DNA of 64,000 bases from Epiperipatus broadwayi (taxonomy: Eukaryota; Animalia; Onychophora): NCBI GenBank assembly GCA_028023455.1, contig JAQFVV010000001.1:4340001-4404000 (forward strand), written 5' to 3'. The translations under genes were made by a program, and so were the position numbers. Of this stretch, positions 10,469-22,185 are shown one piece after another. Below the pieces are notes generated by a model, which saw only the letters and a list, made by a program, of their open reading frames with translations, ran no database searches and was not told where the DNA came from. The number at the start of each line of letters is the position of its first letter. The stretch's first letter is position 1.

Positions 10469-13400
10469 GTAAGTAATATTTAAATATGATTTCACATTGA
10501 TGGTAACCATCTACGAATTAACAAATATTAATATTTAGATGTTGTTTGGTTGAAATAATAATTAATTGAAAAGAATTGAGTAAATGGGAAAAGAAATTAT
10601 AAATATATTAGTGTAGCGAAGTGGAAGATAATAACATATCAACTGATATGCAAAAAATGAATTAATTATACTAATTGGATTTTAAAAGATTTAGGTTGTT
10701 TTAGTTTTCTGCTAGTAGATAGATCCTTCCCACATCACTAGATCATTTTGTTAAGATTTTTTTATATTTTTCTCTAACTATTAAACATTCATAACTACTT
10801 GTTTAATGTGATCATTAAATTTTTTTTTTATATTTTTACATCCTAATTTTTCATTCCCACATTTTTTAAAACAAATTTTTTAAAATTTGGATAATTCTTT
10901 CTCTCCTTTTAAATTTTTTCAATAAATAATTCTACTCTTTTTAATGTTTTATATTTCTAATATTTTTTTTCTTTTCTTTAACTCATAATTTTCAAGTATC
11001 TAATCTTTCTTTTCTTAGTTCTTCACATTTCACTCCATACACACTCTAATTTTTTTTTTTTTTTTTTGGTCAAATTTTAATGGATCATAGAATAATCTCT
11101 TATCCTTATTAAAAATTATTTAACTATTGTAGTTCTTATTTTAATTCTTCATTATATATATTGTTCATTAATTAACCTATTAATAAGTATTTAAATAAAC
11201 TAACCTGTTCTATAACTTTCTTCTTAACAACCACTTTTAATTTTTATCAATTTACAAATTATTCCTTTAATTCTAATTGTATTTATTGTCACTCCACTTT
11301 TATTCTCTCCATCTATATTCATTTTTAAAATTTTAATTGCACTTATTGTCAGCTATGTTGATCATTCATAAATTTGATTTAATTTATTATTCAATAATTA
11401 ATTATTAATATTTTGTTTATCTTACCGTTCGAAAATTGGGTACAATGAATTCTTCTCTCAGTACAAACTAGTTAATAATATTCATTTAGCATTTCTAAAT
11501 TTTTATTAAGTGAAACACATCTTTTTATATATATTTTTTCAAAATATATATCTTATTGCTTTAAGAATATCCAACCAAATAATTCAGTTTTTATTTGAGG
11601 AATTTTGATTTAGAAAATATTGAATGTTAAAGAGATAATTTGAAATAATGGACAAAGACAGCTCTAGTTATAGCTAGAATATTAATATTTTAAAACTTAA
11701 ATTTTTTACTCTAAAAGGTGAGATTTTTAAATGTGCATAATATATAAAAACAAAAAAATATATAATTCTCTATCAAATTTTTTTTTAAACAATAGGCACA
11801 GTAAAAATGATATGAAAATTCCTATATCCAGTCATTTTTTACATTAGCATGTGTGCTGAAAGATCACAGTTTTAGTTTTTTTTTTTTTTTAATGAATATT
11901 CATTAAAAAAATTACATTTTATTTTGTTCAATTAATATGTTTAATTTTTTTAAAGCAATAAGTACAGAATATTGTAATAAAATTGTTGAGCAACAAATTT
12001 TTTGATATTAAATAGTATTCTTATGTAATTAAAATAATCAGATATTATAATAACTCTGCATCAAAAATAAATTGAAAATATGTATATTACCTTAGCTAAA
12101 ATATGATTTACTTATCTAATTTTTTATTTAATATCTTTGTAATAAAAGAATTCCAACGTAACATGTTTTTCCATTAACAATTATTAATATTAATGCCAAA
12201 AACAGTTAAATTTTATTATTATCAAATTTTAAAAAAATAAAAAACTTTGATTATATGATAAATAATACATCAAAATAAATTTAAAATGTACATTAAATTA
12301 GTTAAAATATTTCTTTTTAAATTTACTTTATTTAAATGTGTTCACTAACAATAAAAAGCATTTAAATTCAGTGTTGCAGTAAAAAAAAGAAATATATAAT
12401 TGTAAAAAAAAAAAATTATTTCATGCATAAAGTATACAAAAATAGATTATGTCAACTTATTTTAATTTTGATAAATCAGATTTGAATATGTTGTTGCGTT
12501 AAATATTCTTTTCACCAGTGTGGTTACTCACTCAATAAAATGTTTCAATTATCAGTAAAAGAAAATGCAATTTTTACTACGGTTGTTAATAAATTATTTG
12601 TATACTATATTTATAAACAGATTAATAGTTTTTTTTTAATAATAATTAATAATTAGCATCGATTTCTTGTTTTAAAGCATTTTTGCAAATATGGCAGTAC
12701 ACAGTTTATGATATATTTTGAATTTTGCTAACATGTTAAATGTTTTGCTATTGGAAATCATTATACTTATTTCATATAAGAGTTCTGTTTTATAATGACT
12801 TTTGGGGATCAAACTAATTTTCCTCAACATTTGTTGGTAAAGGTGCATTTTTAAGTGTCCGTCCTCACCATTTTATTTATTGTATTTAAGTGACTATGTT
12901 CAAATTTGTAAACCATCTGAATTCATAAAGGTCAAAGGCCACTAAGTAAATATGAATTTTTTACAGCTATGTTGCCATGTTTGGTAAGAGTTTAAAACTT
13001 TACATATCTGATGAATCTTAGTTGTAAATGAAACACGTAATATGAGAGTTTACTTTTTTTATTTTATTTTATTTATAAAGATCAGGTTCATCCAAGATAT
13101 GTAAAATTTTAAAATTTTTCTAGAAAGTGCAAGATACGATTTGTGCTCATTAAGTTTAGTGCATTTATTATTATTAAATATTTATTTCAATAATTGTAAT
13201 GATTGCCAAATCATTGAAGGTTTAAAATGAGACATTAATTATCTCTGTTTTCTTGATAAGTGTTTAATATTACATGATCAAGTTAAGAGTAATGTAAAAA
13301 TTACATTTAACTTGTTATTGTTTTCATAATTTAAATATATATATCACAAGTTGAATTTTTTTTTATTCAGTTATTGAAAAATATGTACCTTGATAATTTT

Positions 13401-14029
13401 TAATATGTGGTGGTAATTTATATTTTACTTCATAGATGACTTTGTTATAATGTTGTGCAACATTGTCAAGAGTAATTTTTAATTTATACCAGAAGTATGT
13501 AGGATTTCTTTTATTTTTGACATTTATATTTATGTAAGGAAACTATATGTGTTCAACACCTTTATGAGAATGATATCTCCTTCACCAATGTGAAATGCAT
13601 CATATTTTAATTATACTTTTTTATTTTTGTATTCAGAGCACTCATACTTATCTTGACCAACTCTAATTAACATAGAACTTTATTAAGAATTGTTGAAACC
13701 CATTTATCTAACTATTATTATAACATTATTTAAAATTGTTATGAACTGGCTACTTGAAAGAAAAATTGTAAACTTGTTCATGGTTTAAAAAAATTTCAAG
13801 ATTCATCAATCTAAGTATTAACCCATTAATGAGCATGACGAGTGGATATGCTGTTATAGGATGAGACTTTTTATATTTATATGGTTTGTAATTATACATT
13901 AGATTATTTCTATCATCTAGTTAAATTATTAAATTTTTTTTAGAAAAATTCTAACTTTATTTAAACTTTACAAACACATTCTATTGTTATTAATTGCACG
14001 TTTTCTCTCCAGGTTTTACTGATATAATT

Positions 14030-14121
14030 TGATGCAATCTGGCATAGGAATTGAACCTATAATCTTTAGATTTGTGGATAGGAAATTTAAGGTGACACTC
14101 TAACAAACTAGATTATCTGCC
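14030..14121 (-). mobile_element. Degenerate tRNA-derived SINE head
   Basis: Minus strand GGCAGATAATCTAGTTTGTTAGAGTG (A-box-like) and GGTTCAATTCC (B-box, plus 14047-14057); no intact cloverleaf. Confidence 0.5.
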
Positions 14122-14945
14122 AAAGATAAAAGTCAGTAGAAATTTTATAAAATAATCTATGAGAATCCTTCCAATTTCTCCATTTTTTTTCTTTTTTAAG
14201 GCCTAAGCCATTATGGATTATCTCGTATTATCAGATGAGCAGCATTTTAAAATTCTCCTTATGTTTTACTTTTTTTTCTTTCTGTCCAATTTTCTTGTGT
14301 TTTCCAGCCAAGTATATGTTCATTTCTAATGATAATGTTATTAAAAATTATAAAATTAACAAAGCTGTCTGATAGTTTCTACAAATGAGTTTCTCAATTA
14401 AAGATAATCCATCATTACAATTAACCATTTTTTTTTTTTTTTTTTATAATTGTTAACTAACCAGATTTATTAATAAAAATAAATAATTTGAGGTGGATAC
14501 ATTAAACATTTTATTAGGCAATAGTAAAAAAAAAAGAAAAATACAAAATCATCATTGTCGTATAATAAAATACTCTAATTGGACAGAAGATTTAACATAT
14601 TAACATGTCAGTAATAAATCCTCTATAGCAGGCTTTAGTAGATTTTTGCAGGCCCAACATTACTTGCAATTTTCTCCAAGTGTTGCAGTGCACCATGTGT
14701 TTATTACTGTGGAATAATAATAATTACACCATAAGATAAAATATTATATTTATTATCAAAAACAATAAAAACTTAGTATCAAATGTAATTGCATTAAATT
14801 ATTGATTAATTCTTCCACTGCATACTGCCTATCATTCTTGAATATCTCAGTATATAATTTCTAATTGCTGATCTTGCACAGGATTCTAAGTTATTGTCTG
14901 TAAGATGGGAATGATATTTTATCGTAATTATATTTGCTGTTGAAA

Positions 14946-15170
14946 CCGCAGGCCTACATAAGATAGGTAGAGCAAAAAATATGAAGTTAAATTAAATGCA
15001 ACGTTGTTTTTAATAAAGAGATTATTACTATCTAAACTTTGTGATTTTAAATTTATACCGCAGATCTACATAGGATAGGTAGAGCCAAAAATATGAAGTT
15101 AATTTAAATGCAACCTTTTTTTATTTAAAAAGAGATTGTTAATTTTTAAATTATGTGATTTTAAATTTAC
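14946..15170. repeat. Tandem duplication, 2 x ~112 bp
   Basis: CCGCAG..CTACATA.GATAGGTAGAGC.AAAAATATGAAGTTAA starts at 14946 and 15058. Confidence 0.85.
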
Positions 15171-15279
15171 ATCATTTTGAAGTTCATTTTTCACCATAGA
15201 TTAAAAAAAACCAGTATTATTTATTTTATCAGTGATGAGTAAATAAGCAATTATTTTATCTAGCGCCGTGTTTACAATT

Positions 15280-15633
15280 AAATTACATTCAAATATCAGC
15301 CTTTCAAGCTAATTGAGTACGTGCCTTTTGAGAGTGTTAAATAAATGAATACTTTCTTCTTCAATCCAAGATAAATTCTAAGTAATTTCACCGACGTCAT
15401 TCAGTCAAAAACATCGTAAATAGTAATTTAAAGTGAGAATTCTACTCACGCTCTCCTCAACAGTACTTCACATTTGCTCATATAAAAGAATTTGAGTCGT
15501 AGGAATAAGAGGATCCTTTTTATTCCTGCATAAATACTATATCTTGGATTGAAGAGGAAAGTATTCATTTATTTAACACTCTCAAAAGGCACATGCTCAA
15601 TTAGCTTGAAAGGCTGATATTTGAATGTAATTT
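15280..15633. mobile_element. MITE-like inverted repeat, ~94-bp near-perfect arms
   Basis: 15280-15373 is the reverse complement of 15540-15633 with about 3 mismatches; ~165-bp spacer. Confidence 0.85.
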
Positions 15634-18391
15634 ATCAGTGATGGTAAATCATGATGTAACAATTATTTCTAGTCTGGTAAATTCTTGAAAATGCCTCGTA
15701 TTCGAATTAAAGAATCATTTTTTCTTATCATATTTCACTTTGTCATGTGATAAGGTATCATATTTCTCTTCCTTATAATAAATTTAGTATACTAGCTCTG
15801 TAGGGTCTCTTCTTGATTTACCTAAAGTGTTCCAATGTCAAATCTTTGTACTATTTAGCATAGTAGAAATGATTTAAGAGCTAAAAATCTTTTAATCAAA
15901 GCTCCAGTTTTTATTTCTGGTATTCAAATGTCATATGACTTTTTAGATGACATTTAACTAACTGAGGAATCAACTATTTGTCATATCAATAATATGTATT
16001 TAAATCTGAGCCAAGTAAAATTTTTCAGTTTCTAATCAGGTTTAGCATTTTTTATTTAGTAGTCACCCAATACAGAAACCAGCTAATCATCCTAATTGAT
16101 AAATAAATATCTAGCTATTCTTAACTAAAAATAAAGTAAAAATTGAGAACTATTCAAACCCTTACTACCAGCAGTTGAAAAGTGGCATGTCTAGGGAATA
16201 CTGATTTTTTTTTTTTTTGAGGGGTTTTAAAGACTATTTCTATTTTTATATAATTTGTATAAAACATACTAATTGAAACATCATATTTCTAGTAGTATTT
16301 GAAGAAATGTATGCCCTACAATCATTAATCTTATAATTAATAAATGTTTATTCTGCTGTTGAATAAAAGAAGGATATTTTTTTCATTTTTTAAATTTTGA
16401 TCAATATAATAAGAAATAAAATTAGTTTACTGTAATTGAATGAAAGAAAAATATTTTCTTATCTTTCTGTACTTTTATGAGAATAATATATTTCTAATAT
16501 TTTTTCTGCTTTCTGTAAATTTTTTGAATGTCAGATCATTTTTTTTGTGTAAATATAGATTTACCAATTTATGTATGTTGGATTTACAGAAATAGGAATT
16601 GTCTGTATATAATTAATTTATTTGAAATAATTATGTCAATATGATCAAATAGTCTTTTAATTTGTTAAATTCAGCAATAGCAGATTGTTGTCAAAATTCC
16701 ATTTCTAACATTCACTTCTGTTTTTTTTTTAAACCTAAAAAGCTATTAAATTAATTCATATTCTTTTAAGCTAATAGCTATCCAAGTCAAAAATTGCTGA
16801 AGATTTTTTCTCTATCACTGGCTGATAAAATATCTGAATTTTATGAACATGAACTACTGAAGCAATTTTTTTTAATATTCAAAACTTTAATATCATTTTG
16901 TACTCATCCTTTGAAGTGGTAAGAATAATATAGATATCACCATACTATAAATCTAGGAGCTAAGCAAAATAAAGTTTTCATTTTGCCTATAAACTGTTTC
17001 ATAATCCACGGTCAAAAAGAGGAAACAAAATTAGAGCTAATATTCATTCTTGTTAAATAATAGTTTTTATTTCAAATGCCACAGATAACCCATTGTTAGT
17101 AAGAACACTTCTGTGAATAAGCAACTATTTTTCAAATAATGTCCCAAAACTTCTCAATTAATTATCATGCTTTGACCAAAACAATATAGATTAATCATAT
17201 TATTGATGACACTTTTGTTCATTTTCCCTGCAGTAAAACTATAAAAAGTAGATAATAGGGGATTGTATTTATAAATATAATCCTCTATTAATTATCATTT
17301 TTTTCAGTTTATCTAAATTATTCAACAAAGATTTCAAATGCTTTTTTTTTTTTTGAGCAATGTCAATAATTGTTACATCTTTAGTTTCATTTTTGTTCTT
17401 TTAAGTCTTTCTAAATTCAAATTACTGTATAAATAAAAATTTGACTTAATATGTCAGAAATGTGTCCATTCATTTATGAACAGCATTTTTGTTTTGTTTG
17501 AGATTGAATGAATTGTTAGAAAATTATTCTTTTTTTATTAACATAAACTTTTCCATTTATGACATTATAACTATTGGAATAAAAATTAGTTGTCATCGAA
17601 AGTAATAAACAAGTACCCTCTCCAGCTATAGTCTTCATTTCAATTGATTTCTCCATTTCCAGCATTTTGACATTTTCATTCAAATTATAGTCTTTATAAT
17701 ATTTACCTTCATTATAGAATCCTCAACTTATTTTATTCTTATATATTGCATTTTCTTTTTTCAGTTATCATAAATGAAAGCCATTTATTATCCAATGAAT
17801 TTCATTTCACAGTAGTTTCTTATCAATACTATTAATTTTCAAAAAATTACTCTCATTGAATTATAGAGGATGTTAAGTAATTTTTTATTTATTTAAAAAT
17901 TAATTAGAAAAGATCATTTTAAAATTAACTTTTGAAATAGGAAAAAAAAAAATGTTTATTTTTTTTTGATTGAAGGCAAAATGCTTTAATTTTTTTGTTC
18001 ATTTATGGCAGACTTTAACATGATTTTTTAATTATGTTTTAAAAATGAAGATCAAAGGGCATTTCATTATTGATTAATTAATTTTTTTATAAGAGTAAAT
18101 AAAAGCATTTTTGAAGTAAGACAGGAACTAATATTTATTTTAAGTAAAGATTTAAAAAAAAATTGGTTAAATAAAATATATATATATTGTAAGACATTGC
18201 ATGGTTTATTTTTTCAAAATGTGCTATTAAAACATGTAATTCTAAATATTGAAATATTGCCTAGAAAAAATATTTGAATGCTTTGTCAGTACACAATATG
18301 ACATTCAGATAGATCATTTTAAGCCACTGAAGTAAACCACACAAGGCAATAATAGAATGATTTGATAAATTGAATTAAGAAGATTGTAAGC

Positions 18392-18826
18392 TATATTACA
18401 ATTGAAATTGATTAAGTGACATCTTTTGTTAGTAAGTATCCTATTAGACTTGTAATCTCAATCTGCTCTGAGCAAAGAATTCAGCCCCTCAATAATAAAG
18501 AAATGTTAAATAAATAATATACCAAATTATTTTAGCTTAGCCAAAAAATAACACTGGTAATAAAGTTTTTGTTATTGTTATTCAAATTTAAAATTTTAGT
18601 TTTGGTTGTATATTACAACTGAAACTGATTAAGTAACATCTTTTGTTAGTAAGTACCCTATTGTCCTTGTAATCTCAATCTGCCCTGAGCAAAGAATTTA
18701 GTTCTTCTATTATAAAGAAATGTTAAATAAATAATATACCAAATTATTTTAGCTTAGCCAAAAAAATAATAATAGTAATAAAGTTTTTATTATTGTTGTT
18801 CAAATTTAAAATTTTAGTTTTGGTTG
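18392..18826. repeat. Tandem duplication, 2 x 217 bp
   Basis: TATATTACAA.TGAAA.TGATTAAGT.ACATCTTTTGTTAGTAAGTA starts at 18392 and 18609; both copies end AAAATTTTAGTTTTGGTTG. Confidence 0.92.
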
Positions 18827-19131
18827 ATTTTGTTTGTTGGTTTGTTTGGGATTATGGTCTTAAATTATATTATTTTCATTTAATTTAAAGTTTACATATT
18901 ACATCTTCTTTAATTATTTTCATTATATATTTATAATAGTAATAATTTATTATCTAAATGAAATTAAAAAAAGTGAATATATTAAGACATTAATAAACAT
19001 ATATGTATATAATAGCCAAGATGTTTGTTAAACATTATTTATGAATTTTGTGATTGATTGACTTGCAAAATATATTTATGTCAAATAAATACATATTTTT
19101 GATACTTACGTATTAGTCCTGTGACACAGAG

Positions 19132-19346
19132 TAGACATGCTGCACCTTCTCACATATGTATCAATCTGCTGATAACTTTGTAATCTTGTGATCTGACCAA
19201 AACAACATGTACATGGATCTTATACATATTTTTGCAAAAATTTATGAAAATAACACGTATACGGATCTTTTGTACATGATATTTTCCCAAGATTTACAAA
19301 GTTATCGACAGGTTGAATATGTATGTGAAAATGGGCAGCATATCTA
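19132..19346. mobile_element. Small MITE-like element with ~60-bp diverged inverted arms
   Basis: TAGACATGCTGCACCTTCTCACATATGTATCAATCTGCTGATAACTTTGTAATCTTG vs reverse complement of CAAGATTTACAAAGTTATCGACAGGTTGAATATGTATGTGAAAATGGGCAGCATATCTA. Confidence 0.7.
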
Positions 19347-19359
19347 ATACACACTATAA

Positions 19360-20990
19360 ATAATTTTTAAGCAATTAATACGAGACGCCATTAAACAAAA
19401 AGCCATAAAATCAGTAAATTACAAAAATTTTGGAGCATATTTTACCAGAAACATATATGACTTTCACAGGAGAAATATACATTTAATATAATTTTTAAGC
19501 AATTAACATGAGATGCCATTAAACAAAAAGCTGCAAATTCCCTGATAAATAATTAAAAAAAGAGTGAAATGCATGCAGCGTTTTTAATAAATATACATCT
19601 GGGTCTCGTTTTATGTGGTAGATAGGTTCATCAGAAAACGTGCACAAAAGAAATCGCACAAAAATAAACTTAACTTACCTAGAAAAATGGGGGATAGGTT
19701 CTGTAATTTTCAGAAATCGGCATAAAGGGAAAGCAACAAGGAAAAAGTACTTTAAAATTCGCATTAAAAAAATAAGGAAATAAAGTATGACTAATAAAAA
19801 ATTTCAAATATTTGAAAAAAATTAATACAAGACAAACGTTTTTTATTACCTACAGTATTTAATTTTACATTTTTTATGCATATTTTAATCATTACTGCTA
19901 TTTGACAATATGAGTTCATTTGTGAACTGGTAAGAAATCAGATTTGTGATGTGATATACAACTAGTGCCACTTTCAGTCTTGTGCTGTGTTAATGGTTTT
20001 CTGTTGCTATATTAAAAAAACGAGATCGCAATCAAAACAAAAAGATTATACATTATCATTAGAAAGATTATTTTCAGTTTATAAAAGCAATAAAATCTTC
20101 GTTATTATTTATTTTAAAAATCTAAAAAAATATTTATGTCTGTTATATCTAACAAGATACATTTTAAAAGTTTAAAATTTTTAAATATTTATTGTTTTAT
20201 TTTTATACATACGTATAAATCTATTATTACTAATTTACTCATTAGTATAAGTAGGTTATTTACATAGAAGCTAAGATTCTAAATACAGCTTCAGGCCATA
20301 TTCATGTTAGCTGCTAATATAACATTATATTTTTGAAGGAAAAGAAAAGTATTTCAAGTTAAAATAAGTTATTAATAATTTAAATTTTTTGATATCTAAT
20401 AAATATAGTGAAATATGAAAGATATTAAGAAAAAACATGAATTGCATAACTTCAAAATCGCATTAAAATAATCCGCATAAAACGAGACCCAGGTGTATAC
20501 AAAATTTAGATGAAAAAGTATAAAATGTACTAATTTTAATTGGTAAATTAAACTATAAATAATTTAAGAAATTAATACAAAATGCCATTAAACAAAAAAA
20601 CCATACAATCGGTAAATTTCAAAAACTTTGGAGCATATTTTACCAGAAACATATACGGCTTTCACAGGAGAAATATACATTTAATATATATTAAAGGGTT
20701 AATTTTTAAGCAATTCCCTGATATTTAATTAAAAAAAGAATGAGATACATGCGGCATTTTCAATATGTATATGAAATTTAGACGAAAAAGTATAAACTTA
20801 ATTTTAATCGGTAAATTACAAAAATTCCCTAAAATACTACTTAAAAAAACATAAAATATTATTCATAAATATTATTTTGGGGGAAAAAAAGCATGAAATA
20901 TATATGGCATTTTCAATAAATACATATGGTGTTTATAATAAATATATACGATATTTAGACAAAAAAGTATAACAATACTAAAGATATCAC
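19360..20990. repeat. Complex AT-rich tandem repeat, interrupted by a mariner-type insertion
   Basis: Recurrent blocks GCCATTAAACAAAAA, TTTGGAGCATATTTTACCAGAAACATATA..CTTTCACAGGAGAAATATACATTTAATATA and AAATTTAGA.GAAAAAGTATAAA on both sides of 19596-20495. Confidence 0.75.
19596..20495. mobile_element. Non-autonomous Tc1/mariner (pogo/Tigger-like) element, 900 bp
   Basis: TIRs CATCTGGGTCTCGTTTTATGTGG / CCGCATAAAACGAGACCCAGGTG (2 mismatches in 23) with TA duplication at 19594-95 and 20496-97. Confidence 0.85.
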
Positions 20991-21393
20991 ATGATATTAC
21001 AGACTGAATAATGATTAAATTGCTGAAATTTCTAAAATATTATTTATGAAAACATAAAATATACACATATTACTTACCATGCAATATATAACAGGAATTG
21101 TTGCAATAAATAAATGTAAATGGTCTGTTCAATTTTATTAATAAGTTGATCAAATTTTCCAGATAAAATGGAGATTTCAGTTAAAAATTTTGCACTTTTT
21201 CCCTCCAAAATGAACATATGATTAGTGGAGAGTATCGCCTGAATGGGATTTTGTCGAAAAATGGTAATAAATATAAGTATTTTTTTTAAAAATGTAAAAA
21301 AAAAAAAAGGAAACCATTTTCCTACAAAATAAAAAAATACACAACTTTTATTAGTAATTTATGTTGATGGCCAGTTATTTTTGATTTTATTCA

Positions 21394-22185
21394 TTATACA
21401 AATGAATGCATCCTTGTCTTTATGATATCTGGCCACATAAATTCAGCCAAATATAAATCCAAATGTTGGCTAGATATTCCCCATTGTTGCTTAATATGCC
21501 ATTTCACGGAACCCCAAAGTCTTTCGATGTTTTGCGGATTGACAAAATTATACTTGTAATTCACACAAAAATGATCATAACTTTCACCTGTCAATTTTTT
21601 ACTTTTGTACACTTTTTAACAATTGGAATATATTGTCAAATCCTTGTAACATTTTGCTTTAGGGTTTCCATGAGAGTTGCTGCTGTCCTATCACTAATTC
21701 TAATGATAAAACACTCATCAGTCTCTGCACAACCACCGAACATCCACTGTTCAGGAAGAATGCATCTGGATTGGGGTTTTTTCTTTTGAAAAATAGGTTC
21801 TCATCTATCTCGACGATTTTGTCAGGCCCTCCAATTTTTCGCCTTTCACCATACAAACTTTCCATATGTAGTTATTCCAGTCAATCAGTCTTATCTGCTA
21901 AGCCGAGTTCTATGTTACCCCATTCTATGGAGGTTAATTTCTCAGCCTAACTATATATAAAACATATGGAAGCTAGGAATGGGATTCTGGAACCCTCCAA
22001 CCACGTTCTCTTATGAAATGCCAATTCTACTGTTGCATCCTCAAACATTGCAATGTCATTGCCTGTCCGAGGTATGAATGTAAATGGGCATTTGGACACA
22101 TTTTTTGAGATGGCAGGATTCCTTTTTCTTGGAAATACAACACGGCGTCCATTTTAGTTGACAGTAGGTTCAAAATTGTCATCAT
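21394..22185 (-). pseudogene. Decayed Merlin (IS1016/IS1595-related) DDE transposase
   Basis: Segments AVLYFQEKGILPSQKMCP, TWLEGSRIP, KIGGPDKIVEIDENLFFKRK, EQWMFGGCAETDECFIIRISDRTAATLMET, YDHFCVNYKYNFVNP, QNIERLWGSVK, HLDLYLAEFMW, split by frameshifts and stops. TIRs not identified. Confidence 0.85.

Noticed and set aside
9980-10483. 167-aa ORF as a standalone gene
   Set aside because: The frame is open from acceptor 9830 and closes at donor 10469; it is an internal exon and the ATG is internal.
10750-11500. Purine-rich minus-strand stretches (also ~26900-27900, 45900-46200, 47500-47800) as LINE remnants
   Set aside because: Suggestive composition, but no motif long enough to support a call.
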